A DNA stretch of 64,000 nt. Source: the human T2T-CHM13v2.0 reference genome, Homo sapiens. Position numbers and translations under genes: made by a program. The notes beneath the pieces are model-generated. The model saw nothing but the letters and a program-made list of their open reading frames with translations, had not been told where the DNA came from and did not search any database. The stretch lies in NCBI RefSeq assembly GCF_009914755.1, contig NC_060929.1; one strand, written 5' to 3'. Positions 28,111 through 42,393 of this stretch are shown here, piece after piece. The first letter of the stretch is position 1, and each line of letters starts with the position of its first letter.

Positions 28111-29379
28111 AGGATGTGTGTGTGGCTCCTGGAAGGTGACGCACATTGTTAGCTTCAGTAAGGTTTTCAACACCATGTTTCCGCAGAACTTGGTCATAAT
28201 AACTATATCGCCTTCTAATAGTGCTTTTGGGGAGTTACTCATTTTAACAGCTACTACGTGTTGAATGTCCTCTTGTTTGCCAGGTGCAGTTCTCATCCCT
28301 AGGGGTGGAGAGTTGAAGAAGATATATTCAGTTATTTTCTTTTTTAATGCTTGAGCTAACAATGATTTTATCCTTTGCTTTCTTAAAGGTTTAATTTGCT
28401 CTTAGGTGGACAGAAAAGCATAAACTGAATTTTAACTACAAGTTGGTCACAGTTGAAAAGCCTCATGTGTGGTTTGAGTTTTAGCTTAGATCTCTCCTTA
28501 CATGTCTTTCCTGACAGCTCCTCAGATTTAGACAGTGTGAGGATCAAAACTGTATGAAGGTGCTTTACTCTTGATAATCTGTGAACGTCAACTAGGAAAA
28601 TTTTGAGTGTATTAGAAATGTTTTTCGAACTCTTTGAGAGTCTAGGCAATTTCACTTGGGTTCTGTGATTAATTTGCAAAGTATTAGGATGAAATCAAGA
28701 AACCTGCAGTTTTAATTGAATTGACTTTGGTTTTGTTTCTCAAAAAGTGGGACAACAAAAATACCTACTTAAGACTACTGTTTCAGGCACTGTCTAATTG
28801 CATTCATCAGATCTTATTATATTCATTCCATGAGGAATCGAAGACCAATTCAGTCAAGCAGCAGCCCAAGGTTACACGTCTAATAAAGGGCACATTCCCA
28901 GATCAAGCCCATGTAGGCTGACTCTAGATTCTGATTTTGAACTGCTCTATTTCTGAATTGGAGTTTAACTCCTCTGTTACCCCTAGATTAATGGTGAGTA
29001 TTTTCTCTCACCCAAGTTAATTCCATTAACTCTAATCAGAACCCTAATTTAGCATATTTCCAGTACAGTAGTTGCGGATCCATCCTACTCTAGAGTTTTT
29101 GTGCTATGTGTTAACTGTCTTTTATAAATGAAGGGACGGCTTCCTCTGTAACATACGGGAGCATTGTATAATCTTTGAACAGGCAAAAGCATTCCAGAGA
29201 AAAGATAGATGAATTTCATATATTTTTATTAAAACAATTTTATTAAAACATAGATAAATACTGGATTATTTAAGCAAGTTTCAGTCTATGTAGGTTAACC
29301 ACTAAGCTATGCTTCCTCTCTTTGCATGCGTGTGTGTGTATACGTGTGTTTTTCCTAAAGATACATCAAGGCTTAGTAC

Positions 29380-29750
29380 TTTCACAATGAGTTAAGTCCT
29401 GCGCTGTGCCTTGAAAGATGAAGGGAGGGAGTTAGAGGCAAAGATGAATTAACAGGTTAACAGGATCCGGGTCCAAGTCCTTAGATGCCTATTAAAGAGT
29501 TCAGGCTTCACTCTGCGGGAAGTAGGAAGATTTTTGAAAGACTAAGTACTGGAAGGACATGATCAGGTTTGCAACTTAGAACTATCACTGTGGCTGCAGA
29601 CCTAAGAGTAGACGAGAAGGGTGGGTAGAAAGGTTAGGAAACTACATTTTCCGAAGAAAAACATGGAAAGAACTGAAAGGGTGATCCTGGAGTCAGAGCC
29701 AGGTAGAGAGTTTAGGGATTTAAGGAGGATTTGGTAAGAGATTTATTGTG
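29380..29750 (-). mobile_element. L2 fragment
   Basis: gccttgaaagatgaag...gacatgatcaggtttgca...atcactgtggctgcag. Confidence 0.5.
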
Positions 29751-31609
29751 AATCCTACATCCTAAAATTTTAATGTTTTTTTTTTCTTTTCTAGAGATGA
29801 TAAATAGCCAAAGACGTCAATGGCACCCATGGACATAGTAAGCATAGTAGGAGCTGAAAAACTAGAAGCAATGACAATGTCAACTATTTTGAGCAAAAAG
29901 AAGCAGTGTCTTCGGAACATTTGATCATAAAACCAGAAATTAAAGGATGAGAAAAACATTTTTCTGAAGCTTATACTTTCACATTTCCTAGAGAGCATAT
30001 TTGTGTGGATGGGGGTGGGTAAACACTCAACAAAAGTTTCTTTAAAAAGAAGAAACCATCCTGGTTTGATGTAATCAATGGTTGCCCACTGCTCCCTTCC
30101 TGTGCCTGTGACCCTTCCCAAACTGCCCTGTTGCTTGCAGGCTCGCCTGAGCTGAAAGGCAGCCCTCACATCCCGTCGGCACCTCCCTGGGGCCTTCTTT
30201 ACACCCTGGAGAACTTCACAGGGAATCTGTGTCTGTAACACAAAGGCTTCCTGGTCCAGATGTAGATACTAAGGCTGACTGGTTATTTAAGTCCTGCGGA
30301 CTTACTCTGCCAAAATTATTTAATCATGTAAAAATAATTTATAATTCTTATAAAGTATCCCCTTCATAATATAATGAATGTTGGTGCTATTACATTTAAG
30401 TGCACATGTACAGTATACAAGATTATTAATAATAATGTTTTCAAATAGTTATTGTCAAAGCTATTTTTCTTATGTTTATGAAAGTGCTTATAAAATTCAT
30501 GTTTTATGAGGCTGGAGATGTATATTTTGTAATTTCATTCTGATATTTGTTAATATTCGCTTCCAATGCTGGTTTTGTTTGATGAGACTGACATTGCCTA
30601 ATTTCAAGCTTTTTGAATGTGTATTCTTTCAGGGCAAGTATGAAATAACTAGTAAAAAATATACAAATATGCTTAACAATAAGTAGACTTTCTCACATTG
30701 ATTACTTACAACAGCTTTATGTGGGGTGAATCAGATGCCTGTATTACAGAAGCATCTAATGCAAAGCAAAATAAAAACACTTGCATGAGCGCACAGAGGT
30801 AGGTGTGGAAGAAAGTGAAACACTATTTTAGGTTTTAGTTACACTCTGCTGTGGTGTGCTGCCTAGTATTTGCAGGTTAATGCAAATACTAGGGGTTATG
30901 AATTGTTTCTAAGTCTATTATTAAAAATAGCCTTGCTTCATTTCTTCCTAAAATGGAGACAAATATGTATAGTGTCTGTGTTACCAGTATGTGTAAGAGT
31001 AATATCTTAATGCGTGTAAAATGTTTATAGGAACCTGTATTTCAAAGAGCTATTTTTGCAAGTGACACTATCCTTTTAAGAAACTTTTTTATTCAAACTT
31101 TTTTCTCCATTTATAACTATTCTATTATTTCTTAATGTTCAGAACCCTTTTCATTATCTATAAGGTTAAATTTTAGGTAAGTAATGAGAAAATAATAATA
31201 TGTGGAGAAGAAATGAGTGAGGAGTCGAGATGTGTGTCAATCAAGAATGAGTTTGTCAGCCCTTGTATTATGATTTTACTCGGGAGGGGATAATTATTGA
31301 AGGATGTAATGTAAGGGCAGTGATACTATATGGTATGTAAGACTGTTAAAATCACTGAGGTAAGCTATTACTTGAACTAAGCATAGAAATAGAGACAGAT
31401 TTTTAATGCATTTAATTATCAAAATATCTAAATTAAAGATTTGATGTGGCTGTTCACTGGAAACAAATGGCAGACAAACAGAATATTTCTTGGAATCATA
31501 AATGACATCATCCTGTCTCCAACTTTCTGTGTAGCTTCTTTCTTTAGTTGGTCTTTGCTTAGATTTCCCTGTGTCAGAGACGACTTCCCTGGATATCAGT
31601 GACAGTTAT

Positions 31610-31930
31610 TGATTGCTCATGCTATGAACTCCTCCCATTTCTCAGCCCTCTTGCAGTAGGTGGGGCCATGGTACTAGTTGTGGCTTATTGCTTAAAGACT
31701 TTAAGGCTCCATGTGTGACTTTCCAGCTCTGGTCCACTGCTACTGCGGCTCTGGCAGGACTAGGGAGGTGCCCCGTGTCTCAGATGGTGCAGCCTCCATC
31801 CAGCTGTGTCCCTGAATGACTAGAGCACAGCCACTGGTGACCTGTGGTGGACGTAGAATGTGGGTAAGAGATAAACTTATGCTACACCGCTGGGGTTCAG
31901 GGGCTAATTTGTTACCACAGCATAGTCAAC
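31610..31930 (+). mobile_element. Old MLT1 LTR
   Basis: cagccctcttgcagtaggtggggccatg...agatggtgcagcctccatc...tttgttaccacagcatag. Confidence 0.65.
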
Positions 31931-33406
31931 CTTTTCTAGCACCCCATTCTGTCTAAATTTAGTAGTCCTACCCCACTCCATGCCTCCCCAACCCTTCCCC
32001 TGGCTTTAGTTTCTTTGTAGCACTGGTCCCCGCATGACCTGTCGTTGCTTTACTTTCTCGCATCACTTCTCCCTGCCTCCAGCACATGCACTAAAATTTA
32101 AACTCCATGCCTGGACAAAATCAATGTTTGTTAAATAAAGTCTGCCAGTTCTGTTTGCGATTTTTCAGAAACAAGGAAAGAAATCCTATATAAAGTTGAT
32201 CTGTGCTTTGGCAATATTCATTTAGGGTAATTGCCCTTTTTTCAAATGGCTGTGCATTTTTTATGATGATGAATATAAAGTATTTAGCAGAAATATTTTT
32301 TATTAAAATTGTTGAGCTTATGGAATGAATGTAGCAGCCTATGTGAAAGAAACACTGTGCTAGAGAGTTGTCTTTCTGCCACGTGTAATCATTACATTTA
32401 ACTCAAGTTCTCCATGGGAGATCCATGCAGAGATATGAAAATAGGACGGACGTCTCTTCCTTCTTAAAAGTTGCTCCAGATTTTGGCTTCAAGTGCTTCC
32501 TGTTTTTTGCCCTCCCTTATCCCTGGGAGTTCCCTCTATTTACTTTCACAAGGACTCTTGGTATAAAAGATATTTGTATACCTGGGTGTGTGGGAAGGAA
32601 TTGAAGGCAAAGGTAGCAGTCATTTCAAGCTGAACATGTTAAGTGGTAATCGAGCACTTGGTTTTTGTAGTACCTCCTGTGGCCATCTCCACAGTGTCAT
32701 ATTTGAAAGAAATCTTGTGTAAGCATTGGTCTAAGGGTCACTGACTGTGAATAATGAATGCGGTGACAGCATGGCCATCTTAGAGACAGGCAGGCCAGAT
32801 ATTGGTTACTTTGATTTTAGTTGACAAAGTTTATTTGCTTTTAAGTTTTAAAGCAATACAGCAGTGTGAACTTCAAGTTGTAAACTTTCATTTAGAAAGT
32901 TTAAAATTTAGTTGAAATATAAAATATTCTGAATTTGAATAAAAAGTTTTAAAACTTATTCTTCCTTTTCAGTTGTTTTAAACACAAATGAATCAAGAAC
33001 ATGATTATCACCAATCATTACATGTTTATATTTCTGTTGTATACTGAAGGGAGTGGTGAAATGAATGCTGGAGGAGGATTTTGGTTGAGAAATTGGGAGG
33101 AGGAGGAAGTAGCAACTAAGACTGAGACGAATGGCCAGTTAGGAAACTCAAGAATATGAAACACTAGAGAACAATAAAGTGTTTCAAGAAGAACTTATGG
33201 GCAACTGAGTCTATTACAGTTGATAGGTCAAGTAGGAGGAGAACTGAGAAGTATCCATAGGATTTGACAGCATTCAGGTCATGGGGAATGAGGAGCTATT
33301 TTTGTGGAGTGGTAGGCACAAAAACCTGACATGGTGGTTGTAAGAGGAATCAAGGAGAAGGAGAAGCCATGATTATTAGGGGTATTTGAGTTCAAGACAT
33401 ATTGAG

Positions 33407-33700
33407 GCTGGGCATGGTGGCTCACACCTGTAATCCCAGCATTTTGGGAGGCCAAGGAGGGCAGATCACTCGAGCCCAGGAGTTGAGTCTAACCTAAGCA
33501 ACGTGGCGAAATCTGGTCTCTACAGAAAGTACAAAAATTAGCCAGGCGTGTAATGTAGTCCCAGCTACTTGGGAGGCTGAGGTGGGAGGATTGTTTGAGC
33601 CCAGGAGGTCGAGCAAGCATGCAGTGAGCCATGATCTTGCCACTGCACTCCAGCCTAGAAGATAAAGTGAGACCCTGTATTAAAAAAAAAAAAAGAGAAA
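33407..33700 (+). mobile_element. AluJ
   Basis: gagcccaggag and gggaggattgtttgagcccaggaggtcgag J diagnostics; A tail; TSD-like aagaca(ta)ttga. Confidence 0.88.
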
Positions 33701-34067
33701 AAGACATTGAAAAGTAAAGTTAAAAATCTGTTTGAAGTTAGAGAGCTAAATAAGAATAATGAAATAAAGCCAGTAGAAGGAAACAAATGAGAAAAAAGCA
33801 GGCAATGACAGAATAGAAAAATTTTAAAAAATAATAAACCTAAATCTGTTATTAAAATGACTAATAAAAACTGAGGAAAAAGAGCAGAAATAGACATCAT
33901 GATGAAAAAGGGGGACATAACTATAGGTACAATAATTTTTAAAGAATCTGAAAGAACATGCACTGCTTTCTATGACCTCTTGGCCCTCAGCATCCATTTC
34001 TACATCATCATGATGGGGGGAAAAATCAGGTTCTAGAGTCACAAAATAGGAACCGTGGCTCCTCAGA

Positions 34068-34625
<558 letters not shown>

Positions 34626-35559
34626 TTAACTCTACTGACCATAATTTATTATACTCCCCTCTTTAAAATTCATCCAAGATAAATCAGGATCATTAGTGGC
34701 AACTTTATTTTTATTCTGAGGTATTAGTAAATCCTTCATTTTATAATTTTAAGCATTAAGTGAGCATTTGTAAACTTGAAAGGTTTAAGCTAGATCTACT
34801 CCTATCCAGAGCTAAATGAGTAGAAAACCAATACCCCAAGTTACCTGCTGACAGCCCAGTAACTCCCATGTGTCCAGGGCCAGGTGTTCCTAAGTGCCTT
34901 CTGTTCTGAGTCATCCAGATTAGTCTAGGAAGCCTGTAAGTTGTTCTGTTGGTGCAGTTTTGCTTAAAGTACCTACATATTAAAGTGGCTTATTACCTCA
35001 AAACCCTAAAAACCTAATTTAAGTATGTTTAAAATACTTCAGCTGACATGATAAACTTTCCCCATCTGCAGAAGGGCATTAACTCAATTGCTAATAAAAG
35101 TCTTCTTATATATGGTGTTTTTAAATGATTTTTCCAAATTTTCATCTCTGTTAAATGCTAACATTTTTCATTTTAAATATTACTGGCTGATACTTAAAGG
35201 AAATCCAAATACTGCCTTTGACAACCCTTAAATATTCATGGCTAGAGCTTATGAATCATGGTTTTCTTAAGTTAGGAAACATGTTGCTATTACAACAATT
35301 TTTCAGAGTGAGAGAATGCTAACATAGATTAGTTTATTTATGTCTAAACAACCTAACTTAGCATTTATTGTTTTCTGTTTGTGTGTGTGTAATCTATCAT
35401 TGTTATAAGAGACATAGCCAAAGAGGTGAAGATCCAGCTCAGATGCTATGAGGGGGGTACAGCTACTCATGTGTGCTTGATCTGCAGAGTTTAGCAGAGC
35501 TCCTTATTAAGCGAGCTAAAAGTACTCAGGTGCTAAACGCTGTGCCAAATATTTATGTT

Positions 35560-36120
35560 GAAAGCAAACAAAAACAGCCCCTGACATCCAGAACTGATCT
35601 GACATTCACATTTAGACCTCAATACAAGCTAGTCTGATGTTCATGGCCAGACTCTTGTGTTCTGCCATTGGGCATGTACAGTCTCACAGAATATCAAAAA
35701 AGTGCAGTCTGGAATCATAACAAAATGAGACAATAACAAGGTCACTCTGCAACACAAAATTCTAAACATTCCTATCACCAAATGAGTGCCTGCTACTGTA
35801 CCAGTTATAGCTCTATCTTCATGCTAGTCTGTCCTCCCTATGGATAATATTTATTGAGATACTCAGTTATAGATTCACCTAGAAATCTATAATTTCTGAC
35901 ACCCTCCAATCTAGAGCAAGCCCCCACTTCCTTAGATGCTCTGCCAATTCACCCAACCAAAGCCCAGTTTCTCTAAGAGGCTCTTTATAACACCATCTTA
36001 TTGAGACATCCCTTGGTTCCCTATGCTGTGTCTTCTCACTAATTGCAAGGAGGAATAAACCCAACCTGTTTATAGGGCTGTTCCAGTGGGCTTTGGGTAA
36101 AGGGTGTTGATGATGTATAT
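35560..36120 (+). mobile_element. ERVL-class LTR, MER76-like
   Basis: aaaacagcccctgacatccag...acaaggtcactctg...ccaatctagagcaa...aataaacccaac. Confidence 0.6.
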
Positions 36121-36159
36121 TGTCTATTGAGTCCTCAAGGCAATTCCATGACTTAGTTC

Positions 36160-36747
36160 TGTCAATTGAGAAAAATGATGAGACAAGTCTCAATCATTTT
36201 AGGAGATTTATTTGCCAACGTTAAGCACGTGCCCAGGAGACAGGTCTATGCCCTTCTGCGAAGATAATTTTGAGGGCTCCGAATTTAAAGAGGAAAGGGT
36301 AGGAAATTGAGAAGTACACAATTTTCATGTAAGAGGGGGCTAGAGAAAAATAGTTACTCATGCCTTTGGCTCAGTGAGTCTGCATTTTTTACATAAGATG
36401 ACAGAAACAAATGGGGCAGAGGAAAAATGTAGGGAATTTGCATTTTACGTAAGATAAACAGACAAAATGGGGAAGGGGAATAATCAGATATGCATTTATG
36501 TCTGGTGGGCCAGGGTAACTGCCCCTGTAAAGATAAGCTGTCAATTACCATTCTCATGGTGAAATTTTAACAGGCCAGTAGGAATTTCCTTGTGGGCAAA
36601 ATATGAGGAGGCATGTAGCTTTTCATCTTGTAGCCATCTTATTTAGGAACCAAAAGGGGGAGGTGGGTTTGTGTGACCCAGTTCCCAGCTTGACTTTTCC
36701 CTTTGGCTAAATGAGTTTAGGGTCCCCAAATTTAATTTCCTTTCACA
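36160..36747 (-). mobile_element. MER4A/MER4A1-type solo LTR
   Basis: cagttcccagcttgacttttccctttggct...aatttcctttcaca; TSD gttc/gttt; abuts a MIR core at 36748-36890. Confidence 0.85.
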
Positions 36748-36899
36748 GTTTTCATTATTCTCATTCTCTAGGTGAGGAAGCTGAAATTCAGAAAGCTTAA
36801 GTATCTTGCCCAAGTTCATGTGGATAATAAATGGCACAGCCAGGCTTCAGAATTAGGTCTGTTGTGCTCCCAATCCTATGCTCTTTAAAATGCAAGTTT

Positions 36900-39530
36900 T
36901 TAAATCACTATAATATTTTATACAGGCAGAACATGAAATTTAACATACATTTAAGTTATGATACATATTAAAATGAACACACATGAATTTGCTACCCAAC
37001 TTAGCAACAGGCAGGAATTTAAATCTGCCGTTGTATTTTTCTTAAGGCTTTTAAAACTCCTATCCTATCTTTTTTATACCATTCCCCAGAGCAAATCAGT
37101 TACCTATGTATTATGGTTATCATTGCCTTCCCTTTTTTTCTTTCTTTTGTAAAATTTTGAAGGCAACTCAAATTTACAGAAAAAAAAATGCAGGTATAAA
37201 GTAACTTTTTCTTTTTTTTTTCCTTCATCTCTTAAATAACTTTTTCTAGACCATTTTCAAGTAAGTTGCCAACCTGATGCCCTACCACCCCCAAATATTT
37301 AGTATTTTCTACTAACAAGAACATTCTTCTGCTTAAGGGCAATGCACAATCAAAATCATGAAATTAATGTTGATGCATAATTACCATACAATCCTTGATC
37401 TCCATTCATGTTTTAAAGATTGTTCTCATAATGCCCTTTATATAAAGTAGAAGAGATCAGTTTAGAATCACACATTAGTTGTCAACTAATCAATCAGCTA
37501 ATCATCATAGAATCAATACTTAGTTGTCATGTCTCTTCCAGTGCCTGTGGTGTACATTTTTGATCACTTAATTAAGGTGGTGTCCTCCAGATTACTCTGC
37601 TATAAAGTTGTTTTATTTTCCTTTGTAACAAACAGGCATTCTGTGGAGACGGTCTTTAAAACTATGCATGTAGTATGTTCCTCATGAAACTTTACATTAG
37701 TTGTTCATATCAATAGGACTTACGGTGGTTTATTTCATTCATTGGATTATAACCCACCACTATCATATATTTTGATGCTCAAATTCTTCCAGATTTAGCC
37801 CATGGGAGACTATTCATGTGAGCTCCTTTGTCTTTTTGATATTTTGCCATCATTCTTTCAGTCCTTCCTTCCTTGTTTTTTGACTCAAGAAGTTCCAGAC
37901 AGATCTTGTACTTGTACCCTACCCCTGCTAGGCATTTCTCCAAAGAGCCCTTGTTCCTTTTAATGAAGAATGATATTTTAAATCAAAATCTGGGATCTAA
38001 GTGTGCTTACAGTTATTGGAGTGTCCTTGCTCTCATCTCAATGCACAGAGCGAGGGAATGTAGAAAAACCCTCTTTTTGATGCTCAGGCTCTGATACACC
38101 AACCCCATCCATGCCCACATCCGTCTTAGGTTCTGACATTCCACACCAGCCGATCATGGTCAGGCTTCTGACTTTGCTCAATCTTTGACAGTCATCCTTC
38201 CTTTGCATGGACATCTTCCCACCCACCTCAAGCTTTGACCCAAGTACAGCTGCTCCTTCCCATGGACATGCTCCTCACACCTCGTGGGCCCTGTCCTCCT
38301 ATAGCCAGCTTAGATGATTTTCAGGAACGGACTTCTTACACTGGGCTTACCTATGAGATCATGCTTCTCTCCACAAGAATCCTCCATGCTTGTGCATGTA
38401 ATAGTTACCTAATTTGTTTTTACTGATGAATATTTTCCAAGGTGTAAGTATGTCCAAATTTAAGTGTCCATTTTTTGAAGATGCATATTCAGCTTGTTTC
38501 CAATGCACCCCTTTATGAACAACACTTCTTCATATACACATTTGTATACATGTCTTCAGTATTCATACACATTCCTGTAGTGAGCCTCTAAGGACAGAAT
38601 TGCTGGGCCATAAGATATACTGATGTTTTGTTTATATTACAAAATAACGTTATGATTTTTAAAAGCACCTCTACTAACTTACTTCAACCAGCATATTGAT
38701 ACCTATCGTCACTAAGATCTTGACATTTTCAGATGTTTTGTTTTCCAAACTAATGGTGGTAAGGTATCTAATTGTGGGTTTAATTAGCATTCTTAGTTAC
38801 TAAGTTACTTGGTTGTAAGTTTAAGCATTTTTTTCTACATTATGATAGGAAAATCATGTTTATCTTTTCAAAAATATCTTACCCATTATTGGTTCTTCAT
38901 CCTTCAATGTACAACAAAAAAGTAGCTCATCAAGTTTTTCAAAAAACACTTTTGGGATTTTGATTGGTGTTTTATTGAACCAATGAATCTTTTTTCCTTT
39001 TTTTTTTTTTTTTTTTAGAAATGAAAGCTTTATCATTTTTCAGCTTTCCGTCCTTAAGCAAGTTATAGCTCCCCATTTATACAGATTTTTCTAAATATCT
39101 TTCAGTACAAATTTACATGTTTTTACATAGGCTGTATACATATTTGTTAATTTATTCCTAGATATAACATCTCTTACTGTTTTAAAATTATATCTTTTGG
39201 AAAGTTGCATGTTCTAAATTATATTTACTAATGTATATAAATGTGATTGGCTTTTATGTATTGCTATTGTATATTTATTAAATTTGAGACACTTGCTCAT
39301 GAATTCTAATACTTTACCTGTAGATTACTTAGATTTGATCTATAGAAAACCATATTGTCTGAAAATATGAGTTGTATTTCTTGATTTCCAATCTTCATGT
39401 ATACATTGTCTTTATTTTTTAAATTTTACAACATTGTGAAGTACCTCTAGTATAATGTTGACTGTAAGTGCTAACAGTAATTATGTAAATCTTATTTCTG
39501 ATTTAAAGGATATTTATAATGTTATACTCA
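36900..39530 (-). mobile_element. Old L1M (L1MC/L1ME) fragments
   Basis: T-rich antisense L1 motifs such as gtaagttgccaacctgatgccc, gaattgctgggccataag, gggattttgattgg and acctctagtataatgttga; boundaries approximate. Confidence 0.6.
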
Positions 39531-39531
39531 T

Positions 39532-41838
39532 TGTATTATATCATTTTCACACTGCTATAAAGAACTGCCAGGGACTGGATAATATATAAAGGAAAGAGGT
39601 TTAATTGACTCACAGTTTCGCAGGGCTAGGGAGGCCTCAGGAAACTACACTCATGGTGGAAGGGAAGCAAACAGATCCTTCTTCACATGGTGGCAGGAAG
39701 GAGAAGTGCCAAGCAAATGGGGGAAAAATCTCTTATAAGACCATCAGATCTCATGAGAACTCACTATCACAAGAACAGCATGGGGGTAGCCACCCCCAGG
39801 ATTTAATTACCTCCCACCAAGTCCCTTCCACAACATGTGGGGATTATGGGAACTATAATTCAAGATTAAATGTGGGTGGAGACATAGCTGAACCATACCA
39901 TTCGACCCCTGACCCCTCCCCAATCTCATGGCCTCACATTTCAAAACAGAATCATGCATTTCCAACAGTCCCACCAAGGTCTTAAATCCTTCCAGCAGTA
40001 ACCCAAGAGTCCAAGTCCAAAGTCTCATCTGAGACAAGGCAAGTCCCTTCTGCCTATGAGCCTGTAAAGTCGAAAGCAAGTTAGTTACGTCCTAGATACA
40101 GTGGGGGTACAGGCATTGGGTAAATACACCCATTCCAAATGAGAGAAATTGGCCAAAATAAAGAAGCTACAGGCCACATGCAAGTCAGAAATCCAATAGG
40201 GCAGTCATTAAACCTTAATGTTCCAAAATGATCTCCTGTGACTCCATATCTCACATCCACGTTGTGTTGATACAAAGGGGCTCACATATCCTTGGGCAAT
40301 CCTGACTCTCTATCTTTGTATGGTACAGCCCCTCTCCCATGTGCTTTCACTGGTTGGCCTTGAGTGTCTGCGGCTTTTTCAGGTGCACGGTGCAAGCTGT
40401 CAGTGGATCTACCATCAGGGGGTCTGGAGGATGGTGGCTGTCTTCTCACAGCTCTACTAAGCAGTGCCCCAGTGGGGACTCTGTGGCTCCAACCACACAT
40501 TTCTCTTTTGCACTGCCCTAGCAGAGGTTCTACATGAGGGCTCCACCACTGCAACAAACTTCTGCCTGGATATCCAAGCATTTTCATATATCATCTAAAA
40601 TCTAGGCGGAGGTCCCCAAACCTCAGTCCTCGACTTCTGTGCACCTGCAGGCCCCAAACCACCTGAAAGCTGCCAAGGCTTGGGGCTTGCACTCTCTGAA
40701 GCAATGGCCTGAGTTGTACATTGGCTGCTTTTAACCATGGCTGGAGCTGAAGCAGGGCACCATGTCTCAGGGCTAGGCCTGGAAAGGGCCCTGGGCCCAG
40801 CCAATGAAACCAATTTTTCTTCCTAGGCTACCAGGCCTGTGATGGGAGTGGCTGCCATGAAGGTCTCTCTCTGACATGCCCTGGAGACATTTTACCCATT
40901 GTTTTGATGATTAACATTCGGCTCCTCATTACTTATACAAATTTCTGCAGTGGGCTTGAATTTCTTCTCAGAAAATGAGTGTTTCTTTTCTATTGCATTG
41001 TCAGGCTGGAATTTTCCAAACTTTTTTGTTCTGCTACCTTTTGAATGCTTTGCCACTTAGTAATTTCTTCTGCCAGATACCCTGAATCATCTCTCTCAAG
41101 TTCAAAATTCCACAGATCTCTGGGTCAGGAGCAAAATACTGCCAGTCTCTTTGCTAAAGCATAGCAAGAATCACCTATATGCTAGATCCCAAAAAGTTCC
41201 TCATCTCCATCTGAGACCACCTCAGCCTGGACTTTATTATTCATATTCCTATCAGCATTTTGTTCAAAGCCATTCAACAAGTGTCTAGGAAGTTCCAAAC
41301 TTTCCCACATCTTTCTGTCTTCTGAGCACTCCAAGACTCTAGAAAGTTCCAAACTTTCCCACATTTTCCTGTCTTCTTCAGAGTCCTCCAAACTGTTTCA
41401 AACTCTGTTACCCAGTTCCAAAGTCACTTCCACATTTTTGGGTATCTGTATAGCAGCACCCCACTCTCTGAGGTGTCAATTTACTGTATTAATTTGTCCT
41501 CACACTCCTATAAAAAAAACTGCCAGAGACTGGGTAATTTACAAAGGAAAGTGATTTAGCTGACTCATAGTTCCACAGGGCTGGTGCAGTCTCAAGAACT
41601 TACAATTACCGTGGAAGGGGAAGTAAACATGTCCTTCTTCACATGGCAACAGGAACGAGAATGCTGAGCAAGGGAGGAAATGCCCCTTGTAAAACCATCA
41701 GATCTCATGAGAACTCACTCACTACTAGGAGAACAGCATGGGAATAACCGCCCCATGATTCAATTACCTCCCACCACGTCCCTCCCATGACATGTGAGGA
41801 TTAGGAGAACTACAATTCAAGATGAGATTTAAGTGGGA
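39532..41838 (-). mobile_element. THE1C/D element: LTR (39532-39900) + internal (39901-41484) + LTR (41485-41838)
   Basis: Two similar THE1 LTRs flank ~1.6 kb of THE1-int (ccaaagtctcatctgagacaaggc, ggaagttccaaactttcccacat); outer end of the right LTR clipped. Confidence 0.9.
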
Positions 41839-42104
41839 AATTTCTCAGTTTTATTATTGTAAGCTTTTAAAAAACACACTGTATTTTTAATGTTCATAAT
41901 TTTGAGAATAAGATTTACCTGTATATTTTTTCTATAATTTTCTTGCCTAACATTAAGCATATTTATGCCTCATGAGGTGATTTGGGGAGTAAAACCACTT
42001 ATTTAAATTTTTGGAAGCGTTTGTAAGATATTTTAATGATTTATACTTTGAAATTTTGGTAGAACTCAGTGTAAAACTCAGTGTAGAATTTTCTTTATGG
42101 AAAT

Positions 42105-42393
42105 CAGGTAGACAGCACTTGTCTGGTATACAATGCTTCACACGTGCTATCACAACTTATTCCTAGAGGAATCAAATGTGTCATCCTATGTGACTCCACA
42201 GGGAGAGAACTCTAGGAAACTTGCTCCTGGTTTCCTCTGGACTTCACTTCATGTGCCTTTTCTCTCTGCTGAATTTGCTTTGTATCCTCTCGCTATAATA
42301 AACTGTAGGCAGAAGTATGGCTATATGCTCAGTCCTGTGAGTATACTTAGCAAATCATCAAACCTGGGGGTGGTCTTGGTGATCAACAACACA
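42105..42393 (+). mobile_element. MER21 LTR 3' part
   Basis: tgtgactccacagggagagaactct...tttgctttgtatcct...aacctgggggtggtcttgg. Confidence 0.75.

Noticed and set aside
27388-28362. Longest ORF (324 aa, minus strand) and overlapping ORFs
   Set aside because: Pro/Arg/Gly/Ala-rich read-through of the GC-rich island, non-ATG start, no recognisable domain, and ORFs open in several frames
29762-30241. 159-aa minus-strand ORF
   Set aside because: Non-ATG start, ends in a poly-Lys run from a T tract, no recognisable homology
41182-41391. ORF with repeated EDRKMWESLEL
   Set aside because: Translation of a tandem duplication within THE1-int
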